Positions 1-6,140 of a DNA stretch of 64,000 bases are shown here, in pieces; the first letter of the stretch is position 1, and each line of letters begins with the position of its first letter. A program made the translations under genes and the position numbers. The DNA comes from Sphingopyxis sp. (GTDB lineage Bacteria > Pseudomonadota > Alphaproteobacteria > Sphingomonadales > Sphingomonadaceae), in the NCBI RefSeq assembly GCF_041916015.1, contig NZ_JAYSAH010000019.1, positions 353 through 64,352 of the forward strand. The letters are read 5' to 3'. Under the pieces are notes generated by a model. The model saw nothing but the letters and a program-made list of their open reading frames with translations. It searched no databases and was not told the origin of the DNA.

Positions 1-2
1 AG

Positions 3-149
3 CGCCGCGCCGACTTGCTGCCGAGGCATGGCTACAGTTTAGTCGTTCTCAATGTGGATGAATTCGCGCACGATAGGGCCAAGCGCCTGCTCAGGACCCA
101 TCAAGATCAGGCCATTGTCAGCCGCCGCCTTGCAAGTTTTATCGGCTGA
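3..149 (+). CDS. 3' end of a CDS truncated by the window edge; hypothetical protein, possibly nuclease-like
   Basis: Open frame from base 3 to TGA at 147-149 (RRADLLPRHGYSLVVLNVDEFAHDRAKRLLRTHQDQAIVSRRLASFIG*), co-oriented with the next gene 28 bp downstream. Product not established. Confidence 0.45.
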   Translation, partial: RRADLLPRHGYSLVVLNVDEFAHDRAKRLLRTHQDQAIVSRRLASFIG

Positions 150-177
150 TTAATGGATATCAAGGCAATGGTGCAAA

Positions 178-954
178 ATGGCTAATGAACCTCGCACCCC
201 ACGGCTTGCTGTCTTGATTGACGCAGATAATGCATCCTCCCGGATCGCACCGCGCCTTTTTGAAGAGATTGCCAAGATCGGTGAGGCAAGTGTTCGCCGC
301 ATTTACGGCGATTTCTCCGGGACTAGGCTTAAATCATGGGCCGACGTTCTCGCCACGCATGCGATCAAGGCGCACCAGAACTTTGCGTACACCAGCGGCA
401 AGAATGCTTCGGATATCGCTTTGGTCATCGACGCGATGGATCTTTTGCATACCGGTCGGTTCGACGGGTTTTGCCTTGTCTCTTCCGACAGTGATTTTAC
501 CGGGCTGGCCTCGCGTATCCGTGAGCAGGGGATCGATGTCTACGGCTTCGGAGAGCAGAAAACTCCCGAGAGCTTCCGGCAAGCCTGTCGCCGTTTCATC
601 TACACCGAGAACCTACTGCCGGAGGCGCAAACGTCAGATGAACTTGGCCGACTGGATACCCGTCCGGCTAGCGTAAAGAAGTCGCCCACTGCTGCCGCAC
701 CCTTGATCCGAACTGCCATCTCACAGCTCGATGATGAAGGGGGCTGGGTGCCTCTAGGGCGGGTGGGCCAACGCCTCGCAGCGCTCGCCTCAGACTTTGA
801 CCCCCGAACTTATGGTGAAAGCAAGCTGAGCGACCTGGTCGAGAAGGCCGGCGGCTTTGACTCACGCAGAACGGAGACCGGGCATTTGCAAATCCGGGTC
901 TCTCCGTCTGGGAAGACGGGCCAACCTAAACCCCAAAAGGCAACAGCCGGATGA
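178..954 (+). CDS. NYN (LabA/DUF88, PIN-like) RNase with C-terminal OST-HTH/LOTUS domain
   Basis: Motifs LIDADN, RRIYGDF, GKNASDIALVID and SSDSDF; C-terminal GWVPLGRVG...FDPRTYGESKLSDLV is typical of OST-HTH. Confidence 0.9.
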   Translation: MANEPRTPRLAVLIDADNASSRIAPRLFEEIAKIGEASVRRIYGDFSGTRLKSWADVLATHAIKAHQNFAYTSGKNASDIALVIDAMDLLHTGRFDGFCLVSSDSDFTGLASRIREQGIDVYGFGEQKTPESFRQACRRFIYTENLLPEAQTSDELGRLDTRPASVKKSPTAAAPLIRTAISQLDDEGGWVPLGRVGQRLAALASDFDPRTYGESKLSDLVEKAGGFDSRRTETGHLQIRVSPSGKTGQPKPQKATAG

Positions 955-1007
955 AAGCCCGGCTGCCTCCTTGCGCTAACCAATACCTTTTCTGACGCCT
1001 TTGGGGC

Positions 1008-1028
1008 ATGCGACCGATAATGTCGTAC
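1008..1028. promoter_or_regulatory. Palindromic operator ATGCGAC-N7-GTCGTAC, DriD/WYL-box-like
   Basis: Perfect CGAC-N7-GTCG core ending 20 bp upstream of ATG 1049; 12/14 match to ATACGAC-N7-GTCGTAT, the Caulobacter DriD consensus as I recall it. Confidence 0.5.
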
Positions 1029-1048
1029 ATGGGTCATATCAAAGCGCG

Positions 1049-2512
1049 ATGAGCAGAAATATTCGAACAAGCACCACTGATCCGATCCAGATCCCTACAC
1101 TTCCGGCCGCATCAGGACGCATCGGCATATCCTTCTGTCCAGGAAAACAAGGGCCTGCGCTCGCTGGCTTTACCTGGAAGCGTGATCTTGCGACCGATCT
1201 AGACGCGGTGCGTGGGTGGGGGGCTGCCGCTGTCGTCTCTCTGATTGAGAAGCACGAGATGGAGCTGCTGGGGGTCGCAGACCTGGAGACTGCGGTTGCT
1301 GCGCGTGGGATGGAATGGTTTCATCTCCCAATCCCCGACGTCACCGCTCCTGGCGAGGAATTCGAGCAACGATGGCACACGGCCGGAGCCCGGCTGCGCA
1401 GTCTACTCACCGACGGGAAAAGCGTCTTTATCCATTGCCGGGGAGGGCTGGGCCGAGCCGGCACAGTGGCGGCGAGACTGCTCATCGAACTTGGCCTTGC
1501 TGACGCTAGTGGTGCAATCGCTCACGTTCGTGGCGTCAGGCCTGGCGCCATTGAGACGAAGGCACAAGAAGATCACTTGCGAGAGATCGAGCGTATCTAT
1601 GATTGCTCATATGGCTGTTTGGTTGGACTGGCGGTCGGAGATGCTGTGGGGGCGACGCTCGAGTTCAAGCCGCGCGACAGCTATGCCCACATCACGGACA
1701 TGGTCGGGGGAGGGCCATTCGGCTTGGATGCCGGGACCTGGACCGATGACACCTCCATGGCCCTTGCGCTGGGAGAAGCTCTGCTCGCCAGCGCGGCCAA
1801 GGGCTCGGCGTTTGAGCCGGGAGAAGCACAACGGCGCTTTGTCGATTGGTGGAGGAACGGCGCCTTCAGTCCCACGGGCAGTTGTTTTGATATCGGGATC
1901 GCAACCCGGCAGGCCCTTTCTCGGTTCGAGGAAACGGGCGACCCGATTGCCGGCTCGACCGATCCGTACTCAGCAGGCAACGGCTCACTAATGAGGCTCG
2001 CGCCAGTCGCGATCTGGGGGATACAGCAAGATCCCGCAGTAGTGACACGAGTAGCCCGCCTACAGAGCATGACCACGCACGCTGCAGATGCGTGCCTCGA
2101 GGCCTGTGAAGCGTATGCACTGGTCTTGCGGGCGGCTATCCTAGGTGCCGACTTTGAGGAAGCACTGGCGGTTCCCTCGGGCGAATATGGACCGGAGGTC
2201 GGTCCAATCATGGCCGGTAGCTGGCGCGGGAAAGCACGCGATCAGATTGCGAGCAGCGGATTCGTCGCGCACAGCCTCGAAGCAGCGATCTGGTCCGTGG
2301 CAAACACGACGAGCTTCGACGACGCAGTGCTGTTGGCAGCCAACCTCGGTGAGGATGCCGACACTACTGCCGCAATTGCCGGGCAGTTGGCTGGCGCAAT
2401 TTACGGCGCATCGTCGATCCGCCGATCATGGCTAGAAAAGCTGGCATGGCGCGACAAAATTGAGAATCTCGCGCGTAATCTGGCGTTCCCGGCAGTCGCG
2501 CTCTCAAACTAA
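1049..2512 (+). CDS. Fusion of a CX5R (CDKN3/dual-specificity-like) phosphatase and an ADP-ribosylglycohydrolase (ARH/DraG family)
   Basis: N-terminal HLPIPD loop and HCRGGLGR P-loop (1433-1456). C-terminal GDAVG, WTDDT (from 1739), GNGSLMR and GEDADTTAAIAG motifs. ATG 1049 preferred over TTG 1001. Confidence 0.9.
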   Translation: MSRNIRTSTTDPIQIPTLPAASGRIGISFCPGKQGPALAGFTWKRDLATDLDAVRGWGAAAVVSLIEKHEMELLGVADLETAVAARGMEWFHLPIPDVTAPGEEFEQRWHTAGARLRSLLTDGKSVFIHCRGGLGRAGTVAARLLIELGLADASGAIAHVRGVRPGAIETKAQEDHLREIERIYDCSYGCLVGLAVGDAVGATLEFKPRDSYAHITDMVGGGPFGLDAGTWTDDTSMALALGEALLASAAKGSAFEPGEAQRRFVDWWRNGAFSPTGSCFDIGIATRQALSRFEETGDPIAGSTDPYSAGNGSLMRLAPVAIWGIQQDPAVVTRVARLQSMTTHAADACLEACEAYALVLRAAILGADFEEALAVPSGEYGPEVGPIMAGSWRGKARDQIASSGFVAHSLEAAIWSVANTTSFDDAVLLAANLGEDADTTAAIAGQLAGAIYGASSIRRSWLEKLAWRDKIENLARNLAFPAVALSN

Positions 2513-2693
2513 CGTCGCGGCCGATACATGGCAGCGATCGGCGGCGTTGCTGTTCGGCCCGCATTGCTGCCCATGGGCACATAATGTGTCATGCTTGATG
2601 CCCTATCGGTGAATTAGCGGATAATGCGTCAGGTTCGACCCTTTACAGAAGGCCCCCGGCGGCGGGATCAGACGGCAGGCTTGGCCCAATTAC

Positions 2694-3818
2694 CTACAAC
2701 GGGATCTTGGTCCCAGAAATACGTGCGGGGTCCAAGCCTGCCTCCTCCGGCTGGAGGAACCGCGGTTTCGATTTGTCTGGATCAAACGAGGCGCCCGTCT
2801 TCCACATTGCCATCATGATCACAGCGAGCTTCCTTGCGACGGCAACGCGAGCCTTGAGAAATCCGATCTTTGTTGCCAGCCGGAGGCCCCAAGTACGCAA
2901 TGAACTTTCGGTTTTGATTGTGCGAAGCAGCACGGTGGCTGCCGTGATTAGGTGCGACCTGGTCAGCTTGTTTCCGTAACGGCTGATCCGGCCGCGGCGC
3001 GCGGTGGCGCCGGATTGATACAGATTGGGCGTTAGGCCGAGATAAGGCCCGACATCTTGATTGCTTCTAAAGCGGTACGGGTCTCCGACGGCGCTGTAAA
3101 ATGACAGCGCTGTAATTGTCCCAACGCCAGGAATCGTCTGAAATCTGGCGCAAACCGGGATGCTGGCGGCCATTGTGCGCATCTTTCGATCCATATCCCA
3201 GATATGAGAGCGCAGTTCTTCTCCCATCCTGACCAGGGGATCCAAATCGACGCGGATCGTCACGCCGTTGGTCCTCAAAAGCCTGAGTTGATTCGCGACT
3301 TCAGCTGCGAGCGATCCTCGCCCATGCAGGAGCTTGATACTGGCACCGTGCAATCTGAATATGGACTGGAGCAGCGCATCCGTCCTGGCTCGATGCTTTA
3401 GCAGGGTTCGACGGATGTTGATCATTATCCGGATGTCCTGGTGCTCCACCGGTTTGATGAAAACATGGGGACCGAAGGACTGCGCCAGTCGGCCAAGCTC
3501 AGCGAGACCTTTGGCATCATTCGCATCAGTCTTTTGACGTCGGATCGCCAGGAATTTGCTTGATTTGCGAACGTCGACGACTTGAACGGGAAACCCGAAT
3601 GAACGGAGATCCCGAACCATTTGAGTGCCGACACCGGCCTCGATCGTAATAGACTGGACAGGCTCAACGCCGAACCGTCGAAGGATATCTCTTATCGGAG
3701 CAGCGCGGGTCTCAGTCATTGCCTCGAAGAAAACGTGTCCTTCGACATCGACGAGGCAGACCGCAGTCTCCAAGTGGCCGGCGTCGAGGCCGACCCAGTA
3801 GCGCAGGTGCCGTGGCAT
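2694..3818 (-). CDS. IS110-family transposase/recombinase (DEDD RuvC-like domain plus Tnp serine domain)
   Basis: GLD12, IE60, KTD98ANDA (D101), TIPGVG, YLGLTPNLYQSG, ARKLAVIM; GGGAG RBS before the ATG. Confidence 0.9.
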   Translation of the reverse strand: MPRHLRYWVGLDAGHLETAVCLVDVEGHVFFEAMTETRAAPIRDILRRFGVEPVQSITIEAGVGTQMVRDLRSFGFPVQVVDVRKSSKFLAIRRQKTDANDAKGLAELGRLAQSFGPHVFIKPVEHQDIRIMINIRRTLLKHRARTDALLQSIFRLHGASIKLLHGRGSLAAEVANQLRLLRTNGVTIRVDLDPLVRMGEELRSHIWDMDRKMRTMAASIPVCARFQTIPGVGTITALSFYSAVGDPYRFRSNQDVGPYLGLTPNLYQSGATARRGRISRYGNKLTRSHLITAATVLLRTIKTESSLRTWGLRLATKIGFLKARVAVARKLAVIMMAMWKTGASFDPDKSKPRFLQPEEAGLDPARISGTKIPL

Positions 3819-3937
3819 TGTGCTCCCGTACGACGTTTGTTTCTTTCGCTTGCCCTACTGACCTTGTCGGGGCTGTCCGACTAGGATTCGTCCTCCGGCA
3901 TGTGATAGTGAGGTAGGAAATCGAAGGAGATGATAGG

Positions 3938-4549
3938 ATGGGGCCGCGGGAGGCGTTGGATGGCCTAATCAGCGAGCGAGGAGAGACCTACGCATCAATT
4001 TCGCGCCTCCTCGGGAGAAACTCGGCATACATCCAGCAGTTCATTAAACGAGGTTCTCCAGTCCGCCTTGACCAAAGCGATATAGCGCTGCTGGCATTGC
4101 ATTTTGACGTGCCCGTAGAGAAGCTCGGTGGAAAGGAGGGGCCGACGGTCGGGCAGCGTTCGATAGTCAAAGTCCCCTTGCTGAACGGGACAGGTAACGA
4201 TTCACGCTCACAATGGCGGCTGGTTGATGCGGCTTGGCTCGGTCGGCTGTGTGATCAGCCCGCCAGTGTCGCAATCTTGCCAATCGTTGGCGAGGCGATG
4301 GAGCCCACCCTCTGCAATGGCGACGAGGTTATGATTAGCCGAGTTCGCTTCCAGGAAAGCGTGCGTGAAGGCCTTTACGCCATCCGTGGGTCTTCTGAAA
4401 TCTTCGTAAGGCGAATAGCGATCGACCCAACGAAGAACCGTCTGACCGTTCTTACTGACCACCCTGCATATCCGAGCTGGCAGGGCATCCCGCGCAAGGG
4501 CGTCGATATTGTCGGCCGGGTGATCTGGATCGGAGCTCGGGTGACCTAG
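3938..4549 (+). CDS. HTH + S24-like (LexA/CI-type) transcriptional regulator with degenerate peptidase active site
   Basis: N-terminal HTH (TYASISRLLGRNSAYIQQFIKRGSP); S24 fold motifs VGEAMEPTL, GDEVMI, GLYAI, FVRRI, IVGRVIW. Confidence 0.8.
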   Translation: MGPREALDGLISERGETYASISRLLGRNSAYIQQFIKRGSPVRLDQSDIALLALHFDVPVEKLGGKEGPTVGQRSIVKVPLLNGTGNDSRSQWRLVDAAWLGRLCDQPASVAILPIVGEAMEPTLCNGDEVMISRVRFQESVREGLYAIRGSSEIFVRRIAIDPTKNRLTVLTDHPAYPSWQGIPRKGVDIVGRVIWIGARVT

Positions 4550-4759
4550 CTGTCATTATGACACCGCGCTGCCTGAGGCTCTAAGCGGCCATCCCAGCGT
4601 GCGATGCTGGTGCGGAGCAAGATGGGTAGCAGTCGCGCTGGCTGGGAGGTGAAACGACGACTCGCACAAGCGCAGTCGGACAAAGCGCAGGCCATGAATC
4701 TTTCACCGTGAACGCTGATGTGCGGAGGCTGAGCAGCCGCAGTGCCGAATTAGCGCGCT

Positions 4760-4780
4760 GCTACCTAGAGAGCTACCTAG
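4760..4780. repeat. Tandem direct repeat GCTACCTAG x2 (4760-4768, 4772-4780), possible integrase arm-type sites
   Basis: Exact 9-bp repeats with a 12-bp period, ~65 bp from the tRNA 3' end. Confidence 0.5.
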
Positions 4781-4845
4781 CACAAAAATGCTCTCAATCG
4801 CCCGATCCGGCGACCTTAGTATCTGATTGAAAAGTAGGGGGAAAA

Positions 4846-4921
<76 letters not shown>

Positions 4922-5033
4922 ACATGCCGGTTTCGGCATTCTTTGCGGGGCGGGGAAACTCCCTGTCTCGCGAAGAGAGCGCGCCGCTATCATGGGGTTG
5001 CGCGCTTGGCAATGCCCTTCGCGAAAATTTTTC

Positions 5034-6140
5034 TCAATGAAAGCGGCGGGTGCCGGTTTTACTGTCGTTTTCGACCGCCAGGATGATACCGACACAGGTC
5101 ATGATCGTCAGCATCGACGAGCCGCCATAGGAAAAGAGCGGCAGCGGGATACCGACCACCGGCGCCATGCCCATCACCATCGACAGGTTGATCGCGATGT
5201 AGAAGAAGATCGTCATCGTGAGGCCGGCCGCAGTGAGCTGACCGAAGCGGGTACGGGCGCGGAGCGCGACGCGCGTGCCCCAGCGGATCAGCAGGAAGAA
5301 GGCGAAGAGCAGGCCGAGCCCGCCGATCAGCCCCCATTCCTCGGCCATCGTTGCGAAGATGAAATCGGTGTGGCCCTCGGGCAGATAGTCGAGGTGGCTC
5401 TGCGACCCGTTGAGGAAGCCTTTGCCGCCGATCCCGCCCGATCCGATCGCGATCTTCGACTGGCTGATATGATAGCCGGCGCCGAGCGGATCGCTTTCGG
5501 GATCGAGGAAGATCAGCACGCGCTTCTGCTGATAGTCGTGGAGCATCGAGAAGAGTACCGGCAACGCCGCGGCGCCCGCGGCGCCGGCGCTGCCGAACCA
5601 CCAGAAGGGCAGGCCGGCGACAAACATCACCACCACGCCGCCGATGCAGATCGCGAGCGCGGTGCCGAGGTCGGGCTGGAGCATGACGAGCGCGGCGGGA
5701 ACGCCGATCGCCGCGAGCGCGGGCCAGAGCGCGGTGAAGGTACGCGTGTTGCCCGGCGGCAGCTGCGCGTAGAAGCGTGCAAGCGCAAGGACGATCGCGA
5801 CCTTCATCAGTTCTGACGGCTGAAGGTTCATGAAACCGAGGTTGAGCCATCGCTGGCTGCCGCCGCCGACGAACCCCAGCAATTCCACCGCGACGAGCAA
5901 CAGCAGCACGCCGAGATAGCCGAGATAGGAGAAGTCCTCGAATATCCGGAGCGGCATGCGGCTGATGCCCAGCATGATGGCGAGGAAGACGAGGAAACGC
6001 ACGCCCTGCTGCCATGCCCAGGGCGACCAGCTGCCGCCCGCCGCCGAATAGAGGACGAGGAGATCGAAGACGACGATCGAGCTCAGCAGCGCGATCAGCT
6101 TCCACGGGATGCGCTGGATGGCGGGCGGAACGGGGATCAT
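5034..6140 (-). CDS. rodA: Rod shape-determining SEDS protein RodA
   Basis: GGSQRWLNLGFMNLQPSELMK, QPDLGTA, SKIAIGSGG, LPEGHTDFIF, PLPLFSYGGSS; ATG 6140 overlaps the mrdA stop (ATGA). Confidence 0.95.
   Translation of the reverse strand: MIPVPPAIQRIPWKLIALLSSIVVFDLLVLYSAAGGSWSPWAWQQGVRFLVFLAIMLGISRMPLRIFEDFSYLGYLGVLLLLVAVELLGFVGGGSQRWLNLGFMNLQPSELMKVAIVLALARFYAQLPPGNTRTFTALWPALAAIGVPAALVMLQPDLGTALAICIGGVVVMFVAGLPFWWFGSAGAAGAAALPVLFSMLHDYQQKRVLIFLDPESDPLGAGYHISQSKIAIGSGGIGGKGFLNGSQSHLDYLPEGHTDFIFATMAEEWGLIGGLGLLFAFFLLIRWGTRVALRARTRFGQLTAAGLTMTIFFYIAINLSMVMGMAPVVGIPLPLFSYGGSSMLTIMTCVGIILAVENDSKTGTRRFH

Larger units (their letters stand above)
1..4845. mobile_element. End of a putative integrative element / genomic island inserted at tRNA-Lys
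   Basis: Abuts the tRNA 3' CCA end. Sampled 60-bp lines are ~57-65% GC versus ~70% in sampled core genes. Accessory cargo, plus tandem repeats and an IHF-like site beside the tRNA. Integrase and second att site are not in the window. Confidence 0.6.

Noticed and set aside
2519-2539. GGCCGATACATGGCAGCGATC, reminiscent of motifs in IS110/IS1111 3' non-coding ends
   Set aside because: It is on the strand opposite the transposase, and the resemblance rests on memory only.
3828-3834. GTACGAC upstream of IS110, identical to one half of the DriD-like box
   Set aside because: No partner half-site at N7 spacing, and it overlaps the RBS region.
2599-3857. TGCCCTA direct repeat flanking the IS110 gene (2599-2605, 3851-3857) as possible element ends
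   Set aside because: A 7-bp match between windows of 181 and 119 bp is expected by chance, and IS110 elements do not normally make such duplications.
4604-4711. 35-codon ORF between the S24 gene and the tRNA
   Set aside because: No clear RBS, no motif, and it lies in the probable att arm region.
955-4845. Alphaproteobacterial LexA box (GTTC-N7-GTTC) in island intergenic regions
   Set aside because: None found by eye, so SOS control was not claimed.
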